The notes under the pieces are model-generated. The model did not search any database, had not been told where the DNA came from, and saw only the letters and a list, made by a program, of their open reading frames with translations. A stretch of DNA of 47,370 nucleotides from contig NC_068996.1 in assembly GCF_001194135.2 (NCBI RefSeq), positions 46,758,303 through 46,805,672 of the forward strand, in the 5' to 3' direction. This document shows, piece after piece, positions 1 to 12,122 of this stretch. The translations under genes and the position numbers were made by a program. The stretch is from Octopus bimaculoides (lineage: Eukaryota). Positions within the stretch are counted from its first letter, which is position 1; every line of letters starts with the position of its first letter.

Positions 1-395
1 AATCCCAGTATATCTTTTATCTTTTACTTGTTTCAGTCATTGCACTGTGGCCATGCTGGGGCACCACCTTGAAGAGTTTTAGTTGAGCAAATCAATCCCA
101 GTATATCTTTTATCTTTTACTTGTTTCAGTCATTGGACTGTGGCCATGCTGGGGCACCACCTTGAAGGGTTTTAGTTGAACAAATCAATCCCAGTATATC
201 TTTTATCTTTTACTTATTTCAGTCATTTGACTGGCCATGCTGGGGCACAACCTCGAAGGGTTTTAGTTGAACAAATCAATCCCAGTATATCTTTTATTTT
301 TTACTTGTTTCATTCATTGGACTGTGCCCCAGCATGGCCACCACCTTTAAGGGTTTTAGATGAACAAATCAATCCCAGTATATCCTGTTTCAGTC
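1..395. repeat. Tandem array of ~93-nt units derived from a SINE 3' tail (about 4.2 copies)
   Basis: The motif aatcccagtatatc recurs at 1, 94, 187, 278 and 371. The unit is the reverse-strand tail of the abundant SINE family A (tttacttgtttcagtcattggactgtggccatgctggggcaccacc). Confidence 0.9.
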
Positions 396-660
396 ATTAT
401 ATTGAAAGATTTTAGTCTAACAGATCAACCCCAGGATTTATTTAAGTCTTATACTTATTCTGTCACTCTGTTCCTAACTGCTAAGTTATGGGGATGTAAA
501 CAAACCAACATTGTTAAGTGGTGTTGGGTGGATGTACAAGCACATACACACACACACCTATATATATGACAGGCTTCCTCAGTTTCCATCTATCAGTATA
601 ACTCACTAGGCATTGGTTAGCTTGGGGCTATAGTAGAGAACTTGCCCTAGGTGCTGTGGA
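396..660 (-). mobile_element. SINE family A, decayed copy continuing from the tandem tails
   Basis: Matches the better copies at 12123-12499 and 24303-24660 (ctaagttatggggatgtaaacaaacc...cagtttccatctatc...gctatagtagagaacttgccc). Confidence 0.75.
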
Positions 661-1039
661 AACTATTTGCTTGTTACCACAAAAAGAGATAAATAACTCG
701 GTATCAAAATATGAAGGAAAGATGGCTGACCAGAAATACAGACTTCAATGCAACAAAGAACATAGCAGTATGATAGTCTTGTGGAAACTTTGTTATCAGA
801 AAGGAGATAAATACTTCGATATAGTCAGTAAATAACTGACTGGAAATACAGAATTCAATTGCAGCAACTGTGTTTGCCATTAAATGACATTTTCTACAAG
901 GAACTTTTTGACATATTTACAATTAGTGAGTTCTTATTCTTTTTCGTTTTTTCTCTTCGACTAGTAGTATTTGTCTAGATGTCCAAACCTCGACTGACTT
1001 GTTGCCCCTTCCTTTGCATCTCTAACTTGTTAAATACAT

Positions 1040-1107
1040 GCTATGACGCACGCTAGGCCACGACGCACACTAAGCCATGATGCACGCTAAGCCACGACGC
1101 ACGTCGC
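1040..1107. repeat. 17-bp CpG-rich minisatellite, ~4 copies
   Basis: Units gctatgacgcacgctag / gccacgacgcacactaa / gccatgatgcacgctaa / gccacgacgcacgtcgc. Confidence 0.85.
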
Positions 1108-1219
1108 AACACGTTGCAGCACACGCCACATAACAGGACTGGATCAAAAACCATGTTATTGTAAAGCATAGGGTTCATGTTTCTCAGTCTGAGAACCGTT
1201 GATTTGAGGTATAACCACC

Positions 1220-1730
1220 ACCATCATCTTTTAGAGCCCATCTTCCATGCTGGTTTGACAGGATCCAATGGGTCAGACGTCTGCATTGTGCTCCAATCGT
1301 TTGTTTAGGCTAATTAGTTTCCACAGATGGACACCCTCCCTGACACCAACCAGTTTACAGAGTGTAGCGGCAGCACTAGTGAAGTCACCATGCTGGTTGC
1401 AAGACTAGGGTCTCCTTTGACTGAGTCGGGCTACCTTAAAGAAATAGTTTTTAGGCTAGCTGAGGGGTTACATTATGAGAGAATAGGTCTGAACAGAAAG
1501 GGTTTTTTTCTTTTTCTTGTAAAGAGATTAGAAGAGAGGGTGGGAGTATCCAGGGTGAAACTGGAAAGTGATAAAGATAAGGGTGATGAGATGTTAGGGT
1601 GGTCCTTCAAGCTTAAGAATGTGAATGGGGACAGAACAACGGGGAATGTGGTTGGGTAGAGGTTACAAGAACAAGAGATGATCAGAGATGAGAATGGTTG
1701 AGGATGTGAATATGATGAACAGAGAACAAG
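1220..1730 (-). mobile_element. Decayed LINE-type 3' fragment
   Basis: Begins with a catcatc...ttccatgctgg tail and cagatggacaccctccctgacaccaaccagttt, like the other RTE-type tails in the window. No recognisable domain. Confidence 0.45.
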
Positions 1731-2761
1731 TATTGAGTGGGGTTGATATAATTGATTATAACTTGACTATCACGTGGTGCTCAAATTTGTTTTTGTAAAT
1801 TAGAAATAAATAGCTAAGAGTTGGTAGCTTTGATAACATAACGCAGATGTCCTTTCAACATGTCGGTTAAATCTAACCTCTTTTGCTACCAGAGAGAAAT
1901 CAAAGGTTAAAAATGAAGTCAATTTGTGGTGGGTTTTGAGCTTTTCTGTCAATGTAACTATACAGTTAAACATTTCTCTTTTTATAACCCATTCATCATC
2001 ATTATAATGTTGACTTTATCTTGCTTGAATAGACTGGACAGAGTTCAAAACAGATTTTTCTACTGCTGGTTCCTCTTTCTGTTACCAACCCTTATGTTTC
2101 CATGCAAGGTAATATTTCCCCCATGGCCAAACATATTTTTATTTCTATGGAAACAAATGACAGTGACATAATTTTGCAACTATCATGTGGTATCAAGACA
2201 AGGAAACAAACAAACAAACATATATGCTCACTCCTATATACATACATTTACACCAAAACAGGCTGGGAAAATTGGTCTATTTTTCATGAGAACGCAGTTT
2301 GGATTATTCCTTCTATATTATTATAATTATTTGCATCATTATTATTACCATTCTTTTTATTAATATTTTTAATGTCACAGTTATGTAAGCTAGTAGGACC
2401 ATTTCTCTTACTGCTATCATGATTTCTCTTGAGGTTTATATTACTATACAACTTATTGTCAGTATTATGTGCTTGGTGAAGCTTTCTATTATTAGATTTA
2501 TGGAATATAATTTACTAAATTATGTAATGTTGCTCAAAACAACTTCTCTAAATCAAATAAATATGACAAAATTTTTAATACACATGGTGAAGTGTTTATC
2601 TAATGCAGAGAAAAAAAAAAATCAAGTTTAGAGTATACGTGTAGTCTAAATACAGGATTATACCACAATACACTCGTTTTATTGGACTTATAATTATTAT
2701 GTTGATTATTATGGTCATGATTTAAACACTAAAGACAAAGGGAATTCCCATTAGATTCATT

Positions 2762-3031
2762 ATTTATCTTATTTATACTCTTAGTTTTATATGTAGTACA
2801 TTTATCTTACTTTATACTCCTAGTTCTATATGTAGTACATTTATCTTATTTTATACTCCTAGTTTTATATGTAGTACATTTATCTTATTTTATACTCCTA
2901 GTTTTATATGTAGTACATTTATCTTATTTATACTCCTAGTTTTATATGTAGTACATTTATCTTATTTATACTCCTAGTTTTATATGTAGTACATTTATCT
3001 TACTTTATACTCCTAGTTCTATATGGAGTAC
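2762..3031. repeat. 38/39-bp minisatellite, 7 copies
   Basis: Unit atttatcttat(t)ttatactcctagttttatatgtagtac starts at 2762, 2800, 2839, 2878, 2917, 2955 and 2993, with no spacers. Confidence 0.95.
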
Positions 3032-3185
3032 CATTATTCCTATTTTCTGAAGAGGAGTTGAAGTATTCCTTTTCTGTAGTGTTTATAAGATTGCCTTCAG
3101 GTTTCTTATATTCCCTATTGTTTACTCTTGTATGGTTCTGTGGTGTTATTATTACAATTATCCACTATGCTATTATTATTAAACT

Positions 3186-3546
3186 TGTGGAGGCGCGGTC
3201 ATAGGATCGCTGTTTCGATTCCCAGACCAGGCATTGTGAGTGTTTATTGAGCGAAAACACCTAAAGCTCCACGAGGCTCCGGCAGGGGATGGTGGCGAAC
3301 CCTGCTGTACTCTTTCACCACAACTTTCTCTCACTCTTACTTCCTGTTTCTGTTGTGCCTGTAATTCAAAGGGTCAGCCTTGTCTCACTCTGTGTCACGC
3401 TGAATATCCCCGAGAACTACATTAAGGGTACACGTGTCTGTGGAGTGCTCAGCCACTTGCACGTTAATTTCACGAGCAGGCTGTTCCGTTGATCGGATCG
3501 ACTGGAACCCTCGACGTCGTAAGCGATGGTGTGCCAAAAACAACAA
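3186..3546 (+). mobile_element. tRNA-derived SINE family B, apparently with a shortened head
   Basis: CpG-rich relative to background, with a B-box-like gtttcgattccc, no clear A box, and a caacaa tail within the surrounding tta repeats. Confidence 0.7.
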
Positions 3547-4257
3547 TTATTAGACTTGTAGTTAAGTCTTTCAATACATCCAGCCTTTGCCAGTGCTATG
3601 TAATGAAATTCTATGTGAATTATCTTTTCAATAGCTGATGAACATGATATCCTATATGATATATTATTATTGCATTAAAAATTTAGTGTGGATGATTAGT
3701 TTTATTCACATACGTATCAAGTTTTTGTTGGGTTTATGGTATGGTTCATACAAGCTAGTATTTAAGTTAAGCATTACTTCTAGAATATTAGCTACAGAGT
3801 AATTACAGCACCATCTTAGCAGCTTTACAGGTCCTGAATGTATTAATACACTGGTCCCTGTTGTATTTACTGACAGAATGCCATAGCATTTGTAGATCAG
3901 AATTGGTCTCCTTGGCAACTCCCTCAAGACAGCCCTGGGTAATTATTTCCTAGTATCAAGTCTTAATTTTTTTTTAAATTTAAGTAATTTTTTTCCCTAC
4001 TTCTCTCTTTTAACTTTTCTACAGTTATCTAATATGAAGTATCATCCCTATATAGACTCTCCCTCCCACCTTAACTCTGGAAACCAGAAATCCATCTGGA
4101 AAAGAATATTCTGGTTAGGTTCATGACCTGTGCCAAGTCACAGGAGCCCGTTATATCAAAATTATCTATTATTTATTGAAGAAAAGTAATTAGAGAATAG
4201 ACATAATAACCTCTAATGTATCTGGCCATAAGGAAAGTTGAATTTTAGAATAGGCTT

Positions 4258-4490
4258 GTTACTTATTGAATTGATCCACTAAGTTACAGGGAGGTAAACA
4301 CACCAACACCTGTTGTCAAGTGTTGGTGGTGGTGGTGGATAACCCCCCCCCACACACACACACATATGTGACAGTCTTCTTTCAGTTTTCGTCTATCAAA
4401 TTCACACAAGACTTTGGTTGGCCTATGGCTATAATAGAAGACACTTGCTTATGGTACCATGTAGTGGGATTGAACCTGGAACCATGTTGC
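4258..4490 (-). mobile_element. SINE family A copy
   Basis: ctaagttacagggaggtaaacacacc...tctttcagttttcgtctatc...gaagacacttgc...gaacctggaaccatgt. Confidence 0.8.
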
Positions 4491-4657
4491 CATGGCTATT
4501 ATTTATTTACTTATATTCCTTTTATTCTTTTGTTCTCTTCATTCACCCTATTTCTTGAATTTGTGGTTTATGATGTAATGTTTGTTTGTTTTATTTTTTA
4601 TCGGTGTAACTAATGAAATGATTATATCATTGTCAATGTAAGGTATATATTCTAAGG

Positions 4658-4730
4658 CAGTATTTCTCAACCTTTTGACCCTTGCGTAACCCTTAAATTA
4701 ATTACATGTCTCAAGGAACCCTTGCACAAA
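4658..4730 (+). mobile_element. hAT/Charlie-like terminal fragment
   Basis: Starts CAGTATTTCTCAACCTTTT, resembling the recalled hAT-type TIR CAGTGTTTCTCAACC. The partner TIR was not found. Confidence 0.5.
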
Positions 4731-4780
4731 AAAAAATTATATTCCATATCTTTCTCATATTTTTTCATCATAGTTCACGT

Positions 4781-4782
4781 GG

Positions 4783-4823
<41 letters not shown>

Positions 4824-5100
4824 TATACATATATATATATACTCTTTTACTTTTTTACTTGTTTCAGTCATTTGACTGTGGCCATGCTGGAACACCGCCT
4901 TTAGTCGAGCAAATCAACCCCAGGACTTATTCTCTCTCTCCCTCCTTCTTTCTTTCTCCCCCTCCCTCTTTCTCCCTCCCTCTTTCTTTCTCCCCCTCCC
5001 TCTTTCTCCCTCCCTCTCTTTCTCTCTCTCTTCCCTCTTTCTCCTTCCCCCTCTCTCTCTCCCTCTCTATCTATCACTCTCTCTCTCTGCCTCTCCATCA
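4781..5100. repeat. (TA)n run, SINE A tail, then a CT-rich low-complexity tract
   Basis: Directly visible. It explains the spurious IY- and LS-rich ORFs at 4706-5104. Confidence 0.9.
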
Positions 5101-5867
5101 CTAAAGGAACATCTGTGGCTCTGACTTGGGTTGAGATTGCATCCTTTGGCTGGTCTGGTTTGTGTGTTTTTCTTAGTGTTATTTTAGAACAAGTTTATAT
5201 TCTAAATTAACCAGAAATTTTTACATCAAAATTAATCAATTCATTTTCTTTGTATCATATAAGCTTCTTTTTTTCTTTTGAAATTAAAAATACCTTTCCA
5301 ATATCTAGAATGAATCATTTTGTAGTACAGATTTGTGTTGATGTGTGTATATAATATATATGAATTCAGTTAGTTTATGAGTACATCTGCACACATAAAT
5401 AAAAAACATATACTTTGATGTAACTCAGCATACATTTCAGGATAAAAACCTTATTCTGTCAGGCAGCTGACTGCATCTGTGAGATTTCAAACTCATGTGT
5501 TCATCACATGACATTAATGATAATTTTTTCAGAGTGCTCCTGTGATATTTTACACCTGTTGTGTACATAAGGCTTCCACAAGACACTAACTTTACTTTGA
5601 TGAAGGTTACAGGAAACATGAGGTCCTCTAAATAATCCAGAAGGGTTTTCATCAAATATGATGTGCATCCATGCATGTGTGTATGCATGCATTTGTATGT
5701 GTATGAACACATGACTATATGTAGTTGTGTGCATGTGTATACATGTATGTTTGGTGGATGCATGTGTGCATGTCTGTCTGTTTTTGTGGTTAAGAAGTTC
5801 ACTTCTCAAACACATAGTTCTGGGTTCAGTTCCATTGCATTGCACTTTGGGCAATATCTTCTGCTGT

Positions 5868-6099
5868 AGCCTCAGCCTCAGTGGTTAGAGCATCAGACTC
5901 ACATTCATGAGGTGGTGAGTTCGATTCCCGGACCGGGCTACGTGTTGTGTTCTTGAGCAAGACACTTTATTTCCCATTGCTCCAGTTCACTCATCTGTAG
6001 AAATGAGTTGCGACGTCACTGGTACCAAGCCGTATTGGCCTTTGCCTTACCCTTGGATAACATCGGTGGCATGGAGAGGGGGAGGCTGGTATGCATGGG
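5868..6099 (+). mobile_element. tRNA-derived SINE family C, abutting a SINE A 5' half (5770-5867)
   Basis: A-box-like gcctcagtggttagagc and B box gagttcgattccc, followed by tgttgtgttcttgagcaagacacttt. It runs into the gap at 6100. Confidence 0.8.
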
Positions 6100-6457
6100 N
6101 NNNNNNNNNNNNNNNNNNNNNNNNNNNNNNNNNNNNNNNNNNNNNNNNNNNNNNNNNNNNNNNNNNNNNNNNNNNNNNNNNNNNNNNNNNNNNNNNNNNT
6201 ACTTGTTTCAGTCATTGGACTGTGGCCATGCTGGGGCACTGCTTTTGAAAGGTTTTAGTTGAACAAATCAACTGAAGTGTTTATTTTTAAGCTTGATACT
6301 TATTCTATCAATCTCTTTTGCTGAACTTCTAAGTTATTGGGGTGTAAACAAAGCAACACCACTTGTCAAGTAGGTGGGACAGAAACACACACACACTTTC
6401 AGGAAGAGGTAGAACCAGGAAGACATGGATCAAGGTGATGAAGCATGATCTTTAGAT

Positions 6458-6757
6458 GTTGAGTCTCATGGAGCCAATGACAAGTGATCGATACCTTTGG
6501 TAATCCACTATTCTTGAAAAGACATCAAACCAAGTGAAATTGTAGTCGTAGCCAGTGTCATATAACTGGCACCTGTGCCAGTGACACATGTAAAAGGTTC
6601 CCACTACACACTTGGAGTATTTAGCATTAGGAAGGGCATTCAGCCATAGAAACCAAGCCAAAATCACACTGGAGCTTGGTACAGCTCCCTGGCTTACCAG
6701 TTCTCAGTCAAACCATCTAACCCATGCCAGCATGGAAAGTAGACGTTAAATGATGAC
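6458..6757 (+). mobile_element. RTE-LINE-type 3' tail element
   Basis: ...gcattaggaagggcattcagccatagaaacc...aacccatgccagcatggaaagtagacgttaaatgatga. The same family occurs at 13822-14550, 15225-15525, 19200-19680 and 22400-22830. Confidence 0.75.
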
Positions 6758-7571
6758 TTTCAGCTTCTATATACTTAGAATCCACTCGCAGAGCTTTGGT
6801 CAGTCTGGGATTATGATAGAAGACACTTGCCCAAGATACTGCGCAGTGGGACTGAACCCAGAACCATGTGGTCAGGAAGCAGTTTTTACTGCACTGCCAC
6901 AACATAATTCTTGAATGATGTAAATTATGCACACAGAGAAATGGTGAGAGAAAGAGATCAAATGAAACTATTGCAGGCTATAGTATTTGCATTCTTTCAT
7001 AATTTTTTGCTTTGTGTGTCTGATTTCCAAATTATCTGATTCACAACTTTGAATTGTGTTCCTAGAAGAAACAAATGAACATTTCGTCTGGTTTTCCTTT
7101 TGACCATCTCAGAATCCATTTTGTTAACTTTTTTTCTGTTTGTCCGTTGCCATTTATCCTCTGCTTATGTCCAGCCCACTTCTGTTTTAGTAATTTAAAA
7201 AATGGCTGTGGATAGATGCAGGTGTGGCTGTGTGGTAAGGAATTTGCTTCCCAACTGTATGGTCCTGGGTTCAGTCTTGCTGCATGGCACTGTAGACAAG
7301 TGTTTTCTACTATAGCTGGCAGCTGACCTAAGCTTTGTGAGGGAAATGGTTGATGGAAACTGAATGAAGCTTCTATGTTTGTGTTTGTTCCCTACCACTG
7401 CTTGACAACTGGTGTTGGAATGTTTAAGCCTTCATAACTTAGCAGTTTGATAGAAGAGACCAATAAAATAAGCTTATAAATGTATGTACACCATACAATA
7501 TCACAATAATATAATGTATTTAATATATCTTAATATAATATAGGTGGTTGTAGCAATTAAAACCAAAAAGG

Positions 7572-8245
7572 TAAAAATTAATAAATGACGGTGCAAAATA
7601 GCATCTACAATTGCTAGAAATGAGAGCCAAAATTTAACTCAGACAACCACAAAAAAGCACTGACCTCATGAAATATTCAGTACTGCGAGCAGCTTAGCCA
7701 CATCTTTCATTAGTGAGATACTCACAGAATGAAGCAGTTTGATAAAATATTATCACATGGTTTTGAAATTTGATCAACAGAATCTTGTTTCTCGTCAGAT
7801 GTTTCTACAATTCCTCTGGGTGAAAGAAATAACCTGCCTCCTATTTGTTTATGAGTATAAAAAACAAAAAAACTGTTGAAAAGCAAGCGCTAAAATTCAA
7901 AGTGGTTAAAGTGTATATACAATAAGATATTACAGCGCTTGCTTTTCAATGGTTTTTTTCTCGTGAATGAATGAGAGACAGGCCATCTCTTTAACCTGGA
8001 ATAATTGTAGAAACATCTGAGAAACAAGATCCTGTTGATCAAATTTTGAAATCATGTGATAATGTTTTTATCAGACTGCTTCATTCTGCGAGTAAATCTT
8101 GCCGATGAAAGACTTTGTGGCTTGCTGCTTGCAGTCCCGAATATTTCATGAAGTTAGTGCTTTTGTGTGGCTGTTTGAGTTGAATTTTAGCTCCTATTTC
8201 TAGCAATTGTAGGTGCTATTTTGCAGCCTCATCTTTTAATTTATA
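7572..8245. mobile_element. Foldback/MITE-like long inverted repeat (~320-bp arms, ~42-nt loop)
   Basis: Left arm tgcaaaatagcatctacaattgctagaaat...gttgaaaagcaagcgct (to 7891) mirrors right arm agcgcttgcttttcaa (from 7934)...atttctagcaattgtaggtgctattttgca. Matches continue through both arms with scattered differences. Confidence 0.9.
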
Positions 8246-8405
8246 CATATTATTTAAAAAAGTTCCAATATGGAATATTATATATTCCATATTCTATATC
8301 ACACATTAATTTTATAAGAATATAAAAAAACAAAAAAAACAGACAGTTGGAACTCTTTTAAATAATATATTCCTCTATACACTATCATACAAACCCCCCC
8401 TTTTT

Positions 8406-8447
<42 letters not shown>

Positions 8448-8732
8448 CCTGATTCAATCAACTAAAAATTTAACATGCATGCATGGAGGTAATCTACCAC
8501 CCCTGCATGGATGTAATCTAATGATTGAAACCAGTAAAAGGTAAAAAATAAAAATGTGTAGTCCTAACTTCACTGAAGCTAAGATCAGTTTGTGTTAGCC
8601 CCTCTTGTTGCCCCCGTTACAATATTTCTGTTGAAATACTCTGACCTTGTTTCAGTTAATTTAAAAGCTAATAAAGAATTTGGTAAAACGATTTCATCCT
8701 TCCATGCAAGCATGGAAGGATGAACATCAGTA

Positions 8733-8763
<31 letters not shown>

Positions 8764-9801
8764 GTTGATGATGATGATGATGGAGTTTAAAAAATGTCTT
8801 TAGAAAGACCTACATAAATACTGACAGCATAAATTAACATCAAATCTCAATGGAAGGTTTTAATTCTGATCTCTTTAAAACAGAACCAGTTGTTCCCAGG
8901 CAAGTTGGTATGAAAAGGGTTAAAAATCATGATCTTTTAGTAAAGACCAGATATAGATTCTTGTATAGAATGTCTTTTATATAAGAACTATCTATTAGAA
9001 AGTATTTTGTCAAGTCTTTCACGAGGAAAATGTTCCATATAGCCAGGGTTTAAATTAGAAATGTTTTATTTTCAAATTTTCTTTAGTCGGTGTTATCAAC
9101 CATTGTCTAATAATGATTGGAATGTTACATCACATGACCCATAAAAGTGCTTCGGTATACATGTGAGTGTCCAAGTATTTTGCATGTGCGTCAGTGTGAT
9201 GTTCATTGGTATTTTTGTATGCATCACGTAGATCACAATATGCGTACTTGCATTGACTTGCCATGGCCCATTGTGTGTGTGTGTGTGTGTGTGTGTGCAT
9301 GTCTTGGTATTTCTATTCATACAAAAAATAACATTGCGTTACATAATGACTGTATATGTATGTATGTATGTGTGTATGTATACATATATATATGCCCCCA
9401 TTGTGTCTATGTGTGTGTATGCTGGCATTCTTTTAATGAGTAAAGATACATTGTTACATAACATGTGTATAAAAAGTACTAAAATCCATGGTATGTTAGT
9501 ATTTAAGTGTTGGTATTTGTGTAGGTCTTTCTAAAGACATTTCTTAAATTCCATCATCATCCATATATTGATGTACGCTCTTCCATTCTTGCATGGGTCA
9601 GACTGAGTTTAAGGCAGATTTGTCTACAACTGGATGCTTTCCTGTCACCAACCTTGATCTGTTTTTCCACACAATGTAATATTTTCCCCAGGGCTTAACA
9701 TGTTCCTGCAGACTTTTGGAATTGATTGGCACTGCTTGTTATGACAGTGACACTCAATTATAGCTATCATGCGATGACAAGACAAGGACACATAAATGTG
9801 T

Positions 9802-9840
<39 letters not shown>

Positions 9841-10711
9841 CACACAACCCACCGTGCACACATGGACACACATTAAAAGCACCCAGCACACTTTGTTAAG
9901 TGGTTGATATTAGGAAGGGCATCCAGCCATAGAAACCATGCCACAATTGCAGACTGACCAGCTCATTGTCAAACTGTCCAACCCATGCCTGCATGGAAAA
10001 CGGATGTTATACAATGGGTGTGTGTGTGTGTGTGTGTGTGTAATTTCAGTTTTCATCAACCAAATATTCACTCTCAAGGCTTTAGTCAGCCCTGGACTAT
10101 TATAGACAGTGCCTTGCTGTGGGAGTGAACTCATAACCGCGTGGTTGGAAAGCAGACTTCTTAACCACAGAGCCATGCCTGCATCTGTTTATATAAAGTT
10201 TCCAAAATCAGTAATGTATGTGTATGTATCAGTATGTTTGTCTGCCTGCCTTTCTGAAAGCTTGGACAAATATAGGATCATCTTATCCATCTTCTGCTCC
10301 TGTTCATGGAATATTTAGCATCTTACACAGCTAAAAACCATTAGAACATCAGAAAAAGGGATTTGCAGTATTACTTTTACATTCCCAGTTCAAATCCCCT
10401 TGAGATCACCTTTGCCTTTCATCCCTCAAGGATCAATGAAGTAAATACCAGTCATGTACTGGGATCAGTGATATTGACAATACTTCATCTCAAAACTGTT
10501 AGCCCTGTTCCAGTGGAGAGAATTTAGCATACTGGACAAAATGCTTATTGGCATTTCCTCTGCTTTTGTCTTATGTTCAAATTCTATCATTTGATTTATC
10601 TTTCATCTTTTCAGGATTGATGAAATACGTATTAGTTGAGCACGGAGGTCTATAGAATTGACTAGAGCTTTCGCCTTCAAAATTTCAGGCCTTGTGCCTA
10701 TTGTAGAATTA

Positions 10712-10995
10712 TTATTATTACCTCCACCTTAGCGAAGGCGGAGGTATTATTTTCAGTTGTGTATATTTGTTTGTTTGTCTGTCCATGGACAAAATATCTT
10801 AAGAACTGCTGGATGGATTCGGATGAAACTTTCAGGGATGTTTGGCCTCATAACTGGCGCCAACTGATTAGATTTTGGGATCGATCTGATACCAGACAAA
10901 AATTCTAGATTATTTTTCGTTTTTTCTTTTACTTAATTTTTGAGAGCAGTCAGGTTCATTCTTAGTATTCTCGTTTGTGAGAGCAAGTTTCCTCT
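10712..10995 (+). mobile_element. DINE-1/HINE-like (Helentron-type) non-autonomous element fragment
   Basis: Terminal stem-loop tacctccacctt-agcg-aaggcggaggta (10719-10746), then a gttt/gtct microsatellite and ggatggattcggatgaaactttcagg. This architecture resembles Helitron-associated interspersed elements as I recall them. Confidence 0.55.
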
Positions 10996-11043
10996 CCCCA
11001 AATTTCAGGCCTTGTGCCTTTAGTAGAAAGGATTATTATTATT

Positions 11044-11262
11044 AAGGCAGTGAGCTGGCAGAAACGTTAGCACACTGGGCAAAATACTTAGCAGTATTTC
11101 ATCTGCCACTACGTTCTGAGTTCAAATTCCACCAAGGTCAACTTTGCCTTTCATCATTTCGAGGGTCAATTAAATAAGTACCAGTTGCACACCAGGGTTG
11201 GTGTAATCGACTCAATTCCTTCCCCTGAATTTGAGGCCATGAACTTCCAGTAGAAAGGATTA
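11044..11262 (+). mobile_element. tRNA-derived SINE family D
   Basis: aggcagtgagctggcagaaacgttagc...gttctgagttcaaattcc (A and B boxes) with a (tta)n tail. Other copies lie near 23528-23733, 10300-10700, 25100-25350 and 30996-31400. Confidence 0.8.
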
Positions 11263-11914
11263 TTATTATTATTATTATTGTTGTTGTTGTTGTTATGATA
11301 GTGAATCGTTTGAGAGTTTGACATAATGTCTTTGAAGTATTTGTTCTGGTGCTTTGTGTTCTGAGTTCAAATACAACACTGGTCAACTTTACCTTCTATC
11401 CTTTGTAATCAATAAACTAAGGTCTCGGTCAACTACTGAGGTTAATTAACTATTCCATTTTCCCCAAACTTCTGGCATTGTGCTTATACTAGAAATAATA
11501 ATTACCATTATTATTATTGTTCTTTTATTGTTGAAGTAGCTACATTTTTATGATTAGATAATAAAGCATGAAATTTTTATTACTCAAAAATTTTAAAGTT
11601 GAATCATATATTGTTCCACTGTTCTACACAATATTTTAACTGCTAAATTTGAAACCCGCAAATAGCTATGGATTCCACTCTCACCTACTACTTGTCCTTC
11701 TATTAAACATAAAATCACCTGTAGCTTCCTGATTCTTCTGACTTAAAAAAACAAAAAAGGTAATTAACTTCAGCAATCTATTAATTAAAACTCTGTAGTG
11801 CCCACCTACACACAACCAGGCACTCCATAAGTATTTTTACTGTTATATTTATTGGAATTAAGATACATGTGTATACTAGATGCAACTCTATTTCAGTAGC
11901 ATATATTCACAGGA

Positions 11915-12075
11915 AAAAGTTTTAACCTTTAACAGTCATTCCAGGTTCAGTCCCACTGCATGGCACCTTGCGCAAGTGCCTTGTGCTATAGCCTTGGGTA
12001 GATCAAAGCTTTCAGAGAAGATTTGGTAGATGGAAACTGAAAGAAGCCCTGTGTGTGTGTGTGTGTGTGTGTCTG
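11915..12075 (+). mobile_element. SINE family A 5' half
   Basis: ccaggttcagtcccactgcatggcaccttgcgcaagtg...ggaaactgaaagaagccc. Confidence 0.75.
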
Positions 12076-12122
12076 ATTGAATAAGCACCACTTAAAAAGA
12101 AACTGATTGAATAAGTACCACT

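Noticed and set aside
1327-1659. 110-aa ORF as a gene
   Set aside because: It lies in a decayed LINE-type tail and has no domain or splice support.
2762-3031. CRISPR-like regular repeats
   Set aside because: The units are contiguous with no unique spacers, there are no cas genes and the context is eukaryotic, so this is a minisatellite.
3046-3080. CTGAAGA as another hammerhead core
   Set aside because: No stem II plus GAAA or closing helix follows.
3831-3938. Open segment between tttacAG and GTAATT as an upstream host exon
   Set aside because: The peptide has no resemblance to the EF-hand-like region expected upstream in SWAP70/DEF6, and such signals arise by chance in AT-rich DNA.
5881-5935. 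tRNA gene
   Set aside because: A and B boxes are present, but there is no complete cloverleaf and it continues into a SINE body.
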